NCBI RefSeq assembly: GCF_018977255.1
Contig: NW_024704742.1
Location: 28,398,001-28,462,000 of the forward strand
Reading direction: 5' to 3'
Origin: Callorhinchus milii
Lineage: Eukaryota
DNA: 64,000 bases
Part shown: piece after piece, positions 12,690-26,505 of the stretch
Numbering within the stretch: the first letter of the stretch is position 1
How the letters are laid out: each line of letters begins with the position of its first letter
Notes under the pieces: generated by a model
What the model saw: the letters and a program-made list of their open reading frames with translations, nothing else
What the model was told of the DNA's origin: nothing
Databases searched by the model: none
Program-made: the position numbers and the translations under genes

Positions 12690-14062
12690 CCTCAATTTGC
12701 CTGCAAAATACAGTCACTACTCTTTACAGTAAATCCTGCAAAGCACTTTATGAGATATCCTCCCGATGTGAAAGGCTCTATATCAAATGCAACAACAGCC
12801 ACAACAATAACAACTTGCATGTATTTAGCTCACTTCACATGTGGTAGCCCAGTTATTATTATTGGTAATGAATGAAAAGTTTACTCTGAGAGCCTGTGTA
12901 GGCTTGATGGACTGAATGACTTTCTATGCACTGTAAATTTCTATGATTTTATTATTCCTTTTATATGGCTCATAGACTTAAAATTAATTTAAATATGTGC
13001 ACTTGAAATTTATATAAATAAAAGATATGTGATTATATTTGGTTACTTGATTAAATAGTGGGGTCAGCCCAGGCCCGAGTGGTCTGTCAGCATGTGAGAA
13101 GCGTGTGGGCCATGATCCATTCAGAAATGGGGACAGCAAAATAGCATGAGGCTGGCTTCTGCTGAAGACTTGAGGATAGGGGCATAGGAGATGAGCTAGA
13201 GGATGAGGTGAATCATCAGCCACCTGCAACATCACCTTGTAGTGCACCGAGGAGCACTCTTCTCCTGGTGGGACAGTCCGGGTTCCAACCACTTGAAGGA
13301 CTAGTTCAGTGCAGGTTGGTTCAGGAGCTCAGAGAGGTATAAAGGGCATTTCTGATCTTTTGATCTACAATATCTTGAAGCACCTGAAAGTAGTGGGGAG
13401 AATGTTTCGCCAGTTTTATTACCATTCATATTATCATCAATGAGCAATCTTCAAGAAGCTGATATTTTAGCAAAAGTTGAATATTCGCAACCTTTAGAAA
13501 ATATTTGTGCAATTGCAGGACAATTAAAACGTTTGCTCTTTTTACGCACATACGTTGGCCCATTGCACAATTTTGAGAGTCACAAAGCAACCAGTATTTA
13601 CGAGGAAAAAAATCTGCCACAATTAAAACATGATTATTGAGTATTCAGTTCACACTCGTACTTGGTATTAGAAACAGATTTTGCTTATAATCCGATTTGT
13701 CCATCCACTGTGTTCAAAGTTGACTATTGTAAGCCCTGGAATAATATTATAAATTATTTAACAAGATTATTTTATTATGTCCTGAACATCATAAAACAGT
13801 AGGAATGTGTAAAGGAGAATGTTGTTTGGATTATTTTTGGTGTGCTGCAGTAGAAATTCACTGCACTAAAGACTGTTAACCCACACTGATTTAACCCAGC
13901 GAGCTGGTTTCTGAGATTTTTTTGTTTCTTTTTCCAGCCAAAAAGATGTTTACAGGAAAGAATTATTCCCATGTTAAAAGGCTCATAGTGATGAGCTCCT
14001 GTTTGAAGGCACAAAAAAAATTGTTATTGAATGAGAAAGATTGACTCCTTGCTGTGTTTTAG

Positions 14063-14347
<285 letters not shown>

Positions 14348-15139
14348 TGATGGTATTTATTCCATCACTGACACTCTTACATCAGCAATCGTTTGCTGTC
14401 AGAATGTGTTTACTTTATCTGCGATATTTCTTTCAAACACCAGAGCAATGTTTAGTGGAATGGCCTATGTGAATATGTCATAATACTTTTTTTGTCACAG
14501 TGAACCAGTGCGTGGTGATTGATTGTTCAGAAATTATTTTTATTAATTAAATATATGCGTTTTAAAAAGAAAATGGATGGGATATAAATGGATGCAAGGG
14601 AGCACAGGCACAAATGATGATACGTCTTTGTTTATTTCTGTTGAAATGAGTCTGCAGTGATAATTTTAATGGCCCTGTTTATAATCTGGCGAATGTGCCA
14701 GCCAGCTGCAGTGCATTTGAACATTGTCTTGACGGCTGTCTCAGACTCATCAACTTTATATGTCAGTAATGGAAAAGTGCCATTACTCTGGCCAATATCT
14801 TCATTATGTACATATGTACTGCTTTTCTGCACCTAATGCTTCTCGCATAAGTAAGAATGCAGCAACACGAAGAATGGCGATCTACATACAATCAAGGTAG
14901 GTGGCAGGCCTCCTAATACTGTACTAGAGTTCATATCAGTCTTCCTGTCAACCCCTCTCACAATGGGCAGCTCTATGTCCTATTGTTTAGGATGGAGCCC
15001 TTTCATTCATACACAGCACTTCACTGTAGGAACATTTCTGGGAAAAGTATCACACAATTCAAATCAACTGCGGATTTGTAATCAATGTCATCGATCATAG
15101 CAAAGCACAGTCAGACTGATCAAGATCATCATTTTTAAA

Positions 15140-16250
15140 CTGGTGCGGTATATCTGGACTTCCAAAAAGTGTTCGACTGAGTAGCTACCAAATGAAAGCA
15201 TCTTTCACAAACTGATATCAGTGGTATCAAGGGCAAAACATGGATATGGATTCATAATTTGCTGAAGGAAAGCAAGCTATTGGGAAAGTTAAATCAAATG
15301 GGAAAAGGTATTAAGTCGGGTGGCTCAGAGTCTATGGAGACACCTCGTTTTCCTTGTACTGAATATGTTATTCACGTAGAACCACTGAACCAGTGTAAGC
15401 TAGTCAAATTTAAAGATGGCATCAAGTTTGGGGGGATTTTAGAAACAAAGGAAGCAGAAAAGGTCCTGCAAAGAGAGCTTAATAGGATGTACATGTGGGG
15501 TATAACTGGCAAATAAGGATTAATATAAATAAATGTAAGATACCGACACATAGGAAGTAAAAATAGGAAACTTAATCATTCCATGGATTAAATAAAACTT
15601 GTTAAGAGGGAAGCTAAAAGCAATCTAGGGGTGTTGGTTGACTTCTCACTTACAAAGTTAAAACAGTGTGAGACATCAATAAACAAGACAGACAGGATAT
15701 TTGGCTATATTACTAAATCAGTTGAGTTCTGATCTCCAGACATCATAATCAAGTTATATAGTTTTCTGATCAGGCCACAACTATTGTAATGCTTACAGTT
15801 CTTGTCCTCGTGACACACAATACAGAGGAGAGCAACAAGGATGATTTCCAGTGTCAGAGGAATCAGATACGAGCAACAATTAGTCAAGATAAGGCTCTTC
15901 AGTCTTGAATGGAGATGTCGTAGAGAGGACTTGTAGAGTTGTATAACATTTTAAATGGCATTGAAAAAAAAAGAACAATACTTTAAGATACACCAAGACA
16001 GTAGAACAAGTGGATACAGCTTTAGAGTTGCAAAGGGCAATTTCAGGATAGGCAGCAGGAACATTTCAATACCCAGTGGGTAATGAGTGACTGAAACAGG
16101 ATGCCAAGAAGGATAATTGAAACCAGGAACTGGGTTTGGTTAAAAAAAACTTGATGCTATTATGGGAAGACAGCAGGGTGGGCAATCTAGAAGGATGAAA
16201 TCAGACGGGCCATAGGGTCTTCTTCATCCAAAACAACATTATGCTTCTTT
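15140..16250 (+). mobile_element. Ancient, heavily decayed CR1 LINE (RT and 3' end)
   Basis: YLDFQKVFD (cf. YLDFQKAFD), KFKDGIKFGG (cf. KFADDTKLGG), INKCKI; CR1-like 3' UTR; many stops and frameshifts. Confidence 0.8.
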
Positions 16251-18852
16251 GATCTTTAGATTGGATTTCATTGTACTTTTACCTTTCAAACCAATTTCCA
16301 GAACTTTAAAGAGAGCGGATATGATATGGCTTCCCAGGAAGGGTATTTAAGAGGCAGCATTTTGGTACTAATGTGCTGCGATTCTTCAGTGATATAAATG
16401 GTTGGACCCGGACCCCAGTAGTCCTGCATTGTGAGCTCCCAATTTTAAACGGGTTCCCTTGGGAAGACAGTAACTGAGCTCAGGCTTTCCAGCAGATGGA
16501 GAGATGGAAAGTCCCTGAATACCTCAACATTGTGCATTATGCAACATCATAGCTTCAGGCACAATCAGAATGGAAGGCTGAGAGTGGGAGAATTTTCTTT
16601 CATTCAAAGGATATTATTTAGCATAGAGCAGAGCAATGCAGAAAGCAAACGGGTAAAGAGGGGAGATTTAAAAATAGATCATGCTGTGGTTAAAACATAC
16701 AACTCCTGTTTAGTAAAAATGTTTGTACATAAACTGCATGCTAGCAGTTTATTTGTAAATAGAATTCACTTTTTGTGAGATAGGACAATTGTAGGCTTCA
16801 GTTAAAATTTCAGAAATGCTCATCGTGGAATGGCTGATTTCCTAACAATCTGTGATGGCCATTGAAATACTACAATAAAGACCTTCGACAGAAGTTAAAA
16901 GAATAAATAATGCCCAAAATATTGCTTTTTCAACCACTCTTTTGTTAATGAACATAAGATGCCCATCGTGTTGCACTTTGTGTAACTCTGCTAATGAAAC
17001 TGTCAATATCACGGGAGTATTCTCCTCATTGAGTTGTTTTAATATTGCGCCTCCTCATCTATTGTATGACCTCTGATACACTTGGCTGTTTGCCTAAAGG
17101 GTTGTCAGACCTCTAATGCTGCTCTCAAATGATGGTATTGCATAACCAAACTGTAATGAGTTCACTTATTGGTAGGTAAATCTAAAACTGCTGCTGTGGT
17201 ACTTCTGCATGTAAGAGATGTTGAATTCTAATTTTAAATGCTGCTGTATCTGTACAAGTCATGCATACGTACCCACACACAAATACAAGTGGGCAAGTGA
17301 CAATTCACAATACAATAATATGCTGGCCATCACTTGTGAAACTACATTTTGGTCAACTCAGATGAAAAGGCTCTTTTTAAGTAATACCTGTCTCCAGTTT
17401 GAGACTTCATATTGATGATTCTTCCCATTTTATACTGATTGGCAGACAGCAGTAATACTCAACCATGGGCAACAATCACAGGCTGTTCACAGCAATGCTT
17501 TGCATGTAATTTAGACAAAAACATCTATATATAGTATACTTGACCTTTACTTTTCCACTGCGAGCAATTATTTATAGAAAACTACTGTTAAAAAGCTCCC
17601 TGCTTAGTGCTGGACCAAAGGCAGATCTCTTGTGAATAGCTCTACTCAATGTCAAGTCTGTTCAATTGTTTTTGTAGATCTCCAGGTTGATCCAATCTCA
17701 TTGTTGGTTAATCTTAACAGGGAGTTGTTTTTATTCATTTCAGTCAATTTCTGCACTTGAATGAAACCTCAGCCAAGAAAATAGAGTCAAGTATAATGGG
17801 AAGTTTGGGCTAATAGTCTATGCAGGGAATAACTGGTATGATCGTTATGACCATAAGTATCCAGGTTGCATGCAAATATGTCTAAGATGCAACTAATTAG
17901 TGGATGAATTAATCAAAATGCATTACCAAATTGGTTAATGGACCGCCGTTCATCCTCAATGAGGTCTGGCATTCCTCGAATGTGCTTTGAATTTCAAGAG
18001 CAGTACTGTCCAAATCCTGTCTACTGGTCTCTATGATGAATGATGTGACTTCTCCTATGTTTGAAGAGAAGACCTTAAGGTAATTAAAGAACTGTTCTAT
18101 TAACTTGTACTTTAATCAACTGTCCCCTAATCCAGCATGGAACGTACCAAACCATTCATTATTTTTATATTGTTACTGATGCATACAACCTCTAGTCTCA
18201 GAGTCAAAGAGCATTACTGTAAAAGCTGAAATGATGCACCTCCAAGCGGAGACTTAAGTTCTATCTTGCAAACAGAACATCACTGCACTCATGAATGAAG
18301 AAAAGTAATCAAGTGAAGCCAATGAAAGTCTGTTGTTTAACCTCAGCGATTATCAGCTGGTTAACTTGAGGGATGCTCATGTCTTTTTGCTTGTGGTTAG
18401 GCCAGAAGATACCAGCAACATATAATGCCGAGCAATAGTGTGGTGACATGGGCATGGGGAGAAGGTTGGTTTCCAGGATCAATAACTACAGCAGACATAG
18501 AGTCTCTTTGGAAGGGAACAGTCATTACCTCTAGTACTGGACAATTGAACACATTGTAACAGATATCAGACTAATCATGGAGCATTGAAGACATTTTATT
18601 TCTTGAATATTTTGGCTGAATCAATGACAAAGTAAAACTGAATGAGAAACATGTGGGTTTCTTTGAGATGCAGATGTGAATTAATTACAGCAGTGACTCT
18701 AGTTGTCGGAGCTCTTTCCATTACAAGTCAAAAGTTCCTTGAAAAGCTCTTTTAACATGCGCTTCACATGAACATGGTCATTCATACTAAATACACTATG
18801 GATTTGAATAAGACTGACCAATTCTGCAGTGTTGAAACTATCAAGTAATATT

Positions 18853-19208
18853 ATACATTAGAATACATTAGAATATACAGCACAGAAACAGGCCATTCGG
18901 CCCAACTGGTCTATGCCGGTGTTTATGCTCCACGTGACCCTCCTCCTGCTCTTCCTCAACTAAGCCTTCAAGTGTAACCTTCTATTCATTTCTCCCTCAT
19001 GTACCTATCTAGCTTTCCCTTAAATACATCTATGCTATTTGCCTCAACAATTCCTTGTGGTAGCATGTTCCACATGCCCACTACTCTCTGTGTGAAGAAA
19101 TGTCTTCTCTATTTGATCTATTTGTGACTATTTTATATTGATGGCCCCTGGTTTTGGTCTTCCCGACAAGTGGAAACATCTTCCCTATGTCTAACCTATC
19201 AAAACCTT
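18853..19208 (-). mobile_element. CR1 LINE 3' end
   Basis: Reverse complement of 33010-33370; ends in (attctaatgt)n-like repeats. Confidence 0.9.
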
Positions 19209-19849
19209 ATCGGTATCTAATCTGTGGAATTTCTCCACAGAATTGCTTAATAAGATCTGGTTGATGGTAATTCCAGCGAGATTCCATACAAACTAATTCT
19301 GTTACGAAAACTGCAATTAGACTTGACAGGAATAATTCCCGACAGAAGTAGGCTGTTGGTCCACCGTGCTGTTTCCTTGTCTCTCAAAGTGATTATTTCC
19401 AGGCCATATGTGGCGTACGCAATGTCAGAATGACCTGTGAGTAAAGTAAATGTTTGTAACGTATAGATAGCCACAGATGAGAGGGTGTATTGAAGGCTGA
19501 TTTGCTTCCAAGAACATTACTTTCCTTTTTGTGTGTTCTCCACAGTTCAAATGTGAAACATGGCACATTTTTCACTCTGCATTTTCCACGTCTGCTAAAT
19601 CCATATCCTACCCACTGATGGTGGAACTGAGCTTTCCTGTGTGATCAATATTATCCATGCTATTCCCTCACATCATCATCCAAACCTTAATATCCTGTTT
19701 ATGCTGTTATGTGCAAAGCATAATTCTTACAGTTTATGTATGGCTGTGATTTGCCATCAACAGTATAACTCGAATTGCATGTGAAATGAAATGGAACTAA
19801 TTCTTTTTTTAATGTTGAAATTCTTCAAAACCAATGTTGAAATTTGAGC

Positions 19850-20145
19850 TCCTGGGCTTCTATGACACTCCATTGCTGTTCTGGGAACTTGTCAAGGTGC
19901 TGTCATTTGGATGAGATATTAAACCAAGGTCGCTGCTGCCTCTTCAGGTGGACATTAAAGATCTCATGGCATTGTTCAGATTAATTGGTCAATTATTTCA
20001 TGGCAGTTTATTGGATATTGCTATGCACAAATTTTTCCTGGGTTTTCCTAGAAGTACACGGTCACTACACTTGAGAACAATTTCCTCTGGAGTACTTTAA
20101 GATGTTTCACTGTTTATAGTTATATCAAAAATGAGGATTATTTAT
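19850..20145 (+). mobile_element. Degenerate SacSINE1-like SINE
   Basis: ggatgagatattaaaccaaggtc...caggtggacattaaagatctcatggca. Confidence 0.65.
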
Positions 20146-21868
20146 GAGCACATCTTTTCTACAGAATAAAAATAATAATCTTTGCATTTGATATAGTGCC
20201 TTATCACAACTACCGTATATGGAAATGGGACAACATTGATATTATTCTTAATAAACATGCACCAAAACACTTAAAAAAGACAGGCATTATTCTTCAATAT
20301 GAGTGTAGCCATATCACACTGTTCTCCTGAAGTCAACTCCTAATTTGCCTTTCCCATCTCAGTAATAGAGTTGATCTCACTATAAAGATGCCTTTTAAAA
20401 TTCACATTTAACATAGAAATATGGTAAACTTTATTTTTTTTTGTGTGTGTGCGCAGTGCATTTAATTTAAACAGATAAACACTGAGCGCTGGTGGTATGA
20501 TCAGTGGAACTAGCTCGGAGGAGTTTCTATGCCTGACAGTTTGAAAGAGTCAAATTAACATCAGTACAGATAGTCATTAAGCTGAGGTGGTTCAGTGATC
20601 ATGTCATTTCAACTGTGCATATTAACTCAGCTTCATTGTATTGTCAGGCTCAGTGACTCCTGTAAGCCAGCTCCCCCTATTTATACACTATTTAAACAAA
20701 TTAAAAGACGCAGATGGAAAAAAAATGAAAAGAATGTTAAAGTTAATCATGCCTTTTCGCAATGAGCGTTAACAGTAAATTGTGACAGATTTATGACTTC
20801 TTTACTCCCTATAAAAAAAACAGAATCTAACATTAGTTTAATAAATAAATTGTTGGGAGAACATAAAGGTTTATGTGACTACCAGGCGAGGGATGTCAGT
20901 GTTCAGAATAGAAATCCTTTTCAAATTGAGCCAATAACAAGTGAACAAGCATGACATGATCTGTTGTGCTGCTGCCAAAATAAGAGAGAAGCTCCCTCCA
21001 CTTTACCACAGGAACATTTCTTGAATGCCTGAGATGAGCAACCCTTCACTGCATAAATGCGATGTTTTCCCCTTTCTCAGCTCTCGTCTAGGTGAGGTGA
21101 TCAATTTGTGACAAGTTTAGATTAGTTTTGTGCTGTGGAGTCAAACCCATTGGAAACTGCATTGTGACTGTCCAAACTCATTTCAGTCAGGAGTCTTGTA
21201 GCTTATAGAAAGAGGAGACGGTCAACCCATTACAAAGGGACAAGGATTTAAATCCAGCCCAAGAAGTTGGCTGCCCACATGCCAAAGCACTGCACTGCCC
21301 AGTCATCAATAATGGTCCTGATTAATGGTAAGATTCTGTACTTGTGAGGTTGTCAGTGTGAATATTTTAATTTTGTGACTCTGACCATTACAAATAATCA
21401 TGTGTGTAAGATTATAACTCAGGGTAAGACTTCCGATTTGCTGAAACTTAAAGTTTCAGCTTCTGAGGAGGCTAGAGGCAAGCTTCACGTTTCATTCTCT
21501 GTCTCTGAAAGGTACATTGCACCTCAGTTACTTAAGGTCTGCAGAACAATAACAGTGCAGAACAGGAATCGATTTTATCCCATATTCCGTTAGTTCAAAT
21601 TGCCTGAGGATTATGTTTATGGGTATAGTGGAAGCAGTCTATGAAAAGTTTTTCTCTTCACACCAATTATAAAGGAGGCCAAATTGTTGACTAGAACTAT
21701 CCGCAACATAACATGATCAAAACCATGGGGTGGAAACTTTTACACTGCTGTGTACAGGTGCTTTCCTCCCAGCGGATTAGTAATGGGGAGCGCAGGAGGC
21801 CTGGTTATCCACCCCATATTCCTGGGTATCCACAAAGTCCTATTACACATGGGCGTGTTTCTTTTCCT

Positions 21869-22027
21869 ACAACAACAACAACAAGATTCCATTTATTGAG
21901 CGCCTTTCAAATCGGGAGGACGTCCCAAGGCGCTGTACAGTTGGGTCAGGACCCGAGCAAGGGGGAAATGGTCAGGGTGAGGGGAGGGAAGGGAGGGAAC
22001 GAGGAGGGGGTAGAGAGTCGAGAGGGG
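21869..22027 (-). mobile_element. Short L2 3' tail
   Basis: (caa)n followed by ttcaaatcgggaggacgtcccaaggcgc and the G-rich 3' UTR also seen at 51748 and 54066. Confidence 0.85.
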
Positions 22028-22114
22028 ACATTGGCCAACACCCAAAGCATGTGGAAGAATGATGATAATTGTATTCAGAAGTACTTAATTGCATTCAGTA
22101 CACGTGTTTAACTG

Positions 22115-22660
22115 GATTTCACTGAGCCAGTCCGGAACCTTGGGGTTCTTGTTTGACCCTCAACTGTCCTTTCTACCCCACATTTGTGCCATGACCCACT
22201 TTGGTTTACCCCACCACCGCAACATCACCGGGCTCCGCCACTGCCTCTCCCCTCAAGCCACCAAAACCTTCATCCACGCGTTTATTATATCTAGACTCGA
22301 TTTCTCCACCTGCATGTCAGCCTTCCCAACTTCCCTCCACAAGCTGCAGATCATCCAGAACTCTGCAGCTCATGCCCTCGCTTGAACCAGGCTCCATGAC
22401 CCCATCACCCCAGAAGATAAGTTCAAACTCCTCGTCCTCGCCTTCAAAGCCCTCCATGACCTTGCTCCTTCATACCTCTGTGACCAGCTTACACTATATC
22501 GACCTGTCTGCTCCCTACACTCAGCAGACTCCAGCCCGCTCCACGAGCCCCCACCCGGCCCAGCCGACCATCGGCAGTCGGACCTTCAGCCTCTCTGCCC
22601 CCATCCTTTGGAACTCCATCCCACAGTCTCTTCACCTTGCTCCCTCCCTTGTCTCCTTCA
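22115..22660 (+). mobile_element. L2 fragment, 5' part (continues at 23258-23443)
   Basis: LGFLFDPQLSFLPHI...FIHAFIISRLDF...LHKLQIIQNSAAH...FSLSAPILWNSIP. Confidence 0.88.
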
Positions 22661-23250
22661 GCAACAGCAATAACTTGGATTTGTATAGCGCTCTTCATGC
22701 CGGACGGCTTCTCGGAGCGCTTAATAGTGGCGGACCCCGATGTCGAGCCAGAGGGAGAGCGAAGATGGCCGTAGGCACGGTTAAAGAGGAAGGTCTTCCA
22801 AGTGCGACCTGAAAATGGGGAGAGAGGGAGCAAAGTGAAGGGATTGAGAGAGAGAGTACCACAGCTTCGGGGCGTAGTGGCTGAAAGCATGGCCACCGAT
22901 GGTGTGGAGTGGGGGCTGGGGGACAAAGAGGAGGCTGGAGCCAGTTGAGCAGAGGCAGCTGGTTGTAGTGTTGGGAGAGAGCAGGTTGGAGAGCTAGGAC
23001 GGTGCCAGGGCATGAAGCAATTTAAATACAAGAATGAGGACCTTGAAATTGATCCGCTCTGTGATAGGGAGCCAATGGAGTTTGACAAATTAATGGAGGT
23101 ATGGAGTTTAGTGCAGGTGAGAATGCGAGCAGCGGAGTTTTGAATTAGTTGAATTTTGTGCATAGTGGAGCAGGGGAGACCAGCGAGGAAAGTGTTTCAG
23201 TAGTCGAGGCGGGAGGTGACGAAGGCATGAACAAGGGTTTCAGCAGCTTT
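22661..23250 (-). mobile_element. L2 fragment nested antisense inside another L2
   Basis: HKIQLIQNSAARILTCTK...; same subfamily as 10031-10678. Confidence 0.85.
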
Positions 23251-23257
23251 CGAAGCT

Positions 23258-23443
23258 TTTCAAGGCACGGTTCAAGACATTCCTCTTTGACTGCGCCTTT
23301 GGCCAAGCTCCTACTCCTATCCTCCCTGTCCTCCACTCCTCCTGATCCCAACCCCCAGCTCGGGTCCAAATCCCTGACTGTCCAGCACCTTAGGACAGCC
23401 TCACAATGTGAAAAGCTCTATACAACTGTAATTTGTTGTTGTC
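23258..23443 (+). mobile_element. 3' remainder of the 22115-22660 L2
   Basis: ttcaaggcacggttcaagacattcctctttgac continues ...gtctccttca; ends aatttgttgttgt. Confidence 0.8.
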
Positions 23444-26197
23444 TTTAGACGTCCACAGGATCAGTGTGAGCGCCATCATTTTCATGGCAGATTATGATCC
23501 ATCGCCATGTTCGGGTGCGACATCTTCCGTAACATGGATGGAGTGACAAGGCATTTCTGATAGCTTGTTTCAGCTCCTCCATAGTCTTGTATTGCTGCTT
23601 TGTAACAGGGGGTAAGAGGACTTTGTGGACACCCTGTACTTTACTTCATTGAATTGAGGCTATATAAAAGCAGACGGTCTGGAACCTTTTATATTGGTTG
23701 TTGAATATATAATTAAGGGCGCTTGCGATTCCATTGTAAATACTTGTATTTACACATAGTTAGCAGGAGAGGCATAAAAACTCCTGTTTTTCAAGAATTT
23801 GTTTTTCCTTTTCTTGTGTTCACCACTCAGGGTTCAAATGTGAAGCATGGGACATTTTTCACTGTGTACTTGCTGGTGGTACTAAGCATTCTCATGTGCT
23901 ATTATCTGTGCTGTTCCCTCACATATTCACCAGCTGAATATCAATATCCTGTTAATGCTGTTTTTTGTTTGTTCTTATTTTACGTGACATGTAAACCAGA
24001 TCCTTCTATTCCTTTTGCTTTTGATTGGAGATTGTTATTGATAGTTTTGGTAACCCATTGTGGCATGGAATAGGAGGATAAAAATGTGTTTTCATATCCT
24101 CAATTCTTCACAGATCGAGTTTCCGTCTCGGTCATTGATTCAAGGGGACATATCAGGTGAAGGCAAAGGGGGGGATTAAACTGTGGATTGGATTAAACTG
24201 AAAGTTAAGTCATTCAGAGTTGGCTTTATCTAGTTCCTAGCAGTCAGTTACAAATTGGTATTACCACAGACTTGAAGGTTCTTAGAAGCATAGAAATCAC
24301 AACACAGAAGAAGGGCGTTTTTATCCATTGGATCTATGCTTCACCAAGTAAACTATTCTCAATCCAGTTCCCTGCTTTTCTTCAAACTTTGTACGGTTTC
24401 CTTTTAAAATCTTTTTATGGTCAGGTTGCATCCCATTCTCTATACCAGAAAGGATTGTATTGCATGTGTTTGTGTTGTGTGGGTGTGTGGGTGGAGATGG
24501 GGGCACCAGGAAAAAATTGCATTAAGAAAGAGCACACAAAAATCATAATTATTCACCACACATCGCCGTGAAGAAAACAAACTCTGGGATTTCAACTTCC
24601 TAGGTCAGGAACAAGAAGGACATTTCCATCTTTAATAAGACATATGATGCCCTCCGGGAGTAAATGAAACTCCTTAAGACAACAAAACCTTTTTTGGCTC
24701 TCGTTATATTTTTCAGAAAGGCTGAACTTCTTGCTGCTTTATCACAAAAGCCTTTGAGCTTATGAGACGCATTAACATTTTGGATGCAAATGATGATGTG
24801 AATATTCTGCATTTATTTTACTAGTGTCTTTGAACTTTAAAGCTGAAAAAAGTCTCCGTAAGCAGGATATTTAGAAAGCTTTCGCTGAGGTTCATCAATG
24901 CTTTGTAATTGCTTCTACAAATCATTTTTGAAAGTCATTTTAGGGTTGCATAGCTGCAATATTTTTTTAAAAAAAGATCTGTGGATGAGGCCGAGAAAAG
25001 CATTATACATATTTAAAACCCTGTTAAAATCTGATGGAGAATGTCTGTTGTTAAATATTGCCACGATCCTCTGAATGTCACACTGAATTGAAATCCCCAA
25101 GTGATTGAACGTTGCTTCTCTTGGGTTTATTCATGTTAGATGAGCCTGTCCCTTTTTCTTAAAAAAAATAATATTTCCTCTTTCTATTTTTTACTCCAAC
25201 CTCCTCGCCTAAAGACACTGACTCACAAAGTATGGTTTGACAGACACAGGTAGCCTTGGGCCCACTTTATCCCTTGCCAGTGAACATTGGTAGGTTAGAT
25301 GACTGTGTGAGGCACATTACTCACAATGCCGGTGTTTCTTTCACACAAAAATACAGTCACTCCACTTTACAGTATATCCTGTGAAGCATTTTGAGATGTC
25401 CTCTCAATGTGAAAGCCGCTATATCAAATGTAAGGATTATATATTGTTATTATCATTATTATCCCAGCCCAACCCAATCCTGTGTCCACACACATTTTGA
25501 TGTCTATTTACCATGTCATAGACAAAATGCTTCTCTGTGTAGTGATTTGCCATTTGGCTTTGTTCTCCCTATTAGCCATGTGTCATTGTCATGGCCAATG
25601 CATAGAACCACAGCGGTAAAAGTGCTTCTTCTGACCCACTGTTGGAGTTCATAATCATAATAATAATAAGTCTTGCATTTGATGTAGTGCCTCATCGCGT
25701 CTTCAGTGTCACATTCTGTTCTCCATATTGATAACCTATTCCGAGGTCTGTATTCTGTCATTGTCCAATTACAGGTTCACTGGAGCAGCCCAAAGGGAAT
25801 GTTTGATCACCCCCCCATCCCTGTGGGGAATCTCCTGGTCGATATTGTCAACTAACCACCTGGTGAATGGCAGGCACAGACCTTTTCTTTCCCTCTCTTG
25901 CCACAGTGCCACCTGATGCTCCCTTATTAATGGAATTTCCTTTCTGTTATTTTTGTCATGAAGATGATCTTGTATTTCAAACTTAGCTCCATTTCAGGAA
26001 ACTGTTTTCATTCTGATCTACTGGCCATTGAGGCAAACAGTTGATTTTTTCTGTTGTCTGAGCCCACAAACCACATGATCCTACAATTAACTGCTACAAC
26101 ATAAATCTGAATATCTTCTTATTAGGTGTTGTTAGAAGAAAGTGACTTATTATTTTATTTTTGCTGTATTTTTGGACAACTTTGTATGAAATTAACA

Positions 26198-26505
26198 ATT
26201 CTGTAGCTCAGTGGTTAGAGCACTCGCCTTGCAAGCGAGACACCTGGATTCAATTCCAGGAAGGGGGAAACTTAGGCAAGTTTCCTTACTCCACACGCCT
26301 AATAATAATCCCTCCAAAAAACAAACAATAATAAATTGGTCATTTTCAATCCACGACTGTTTGTGGGGCACTGCTGTGCGCATTTGGCTGCCACGTTTCG
26401 CCCACAAGTATACAGTCAATTCACTTTACAGTCTATTCTGTGAAGTGCTTTGGGATGTCTTCCTGACGTGAAAAGCGCTATATCAAATGCAAGGATTATT
26501 ATTAT
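26198..26505 (+). mobile_element. tRNA-Deu-L2-tail SINE, short subtype
   Basis: ctgtagctcagtggttagagcactcgccttgcaagcgag...gtgaaaagcgctatatcaaatgcaaggattattatt. Confidence 0.92.

Noticed and set aside
22201..23163. Long Pro/Ser-rich ORFs (203 and 224 aa; similar ones at 48613, 51820, 54244)
   Set aside because: Alternative or shifted frames of GC-rich L2 sequence.
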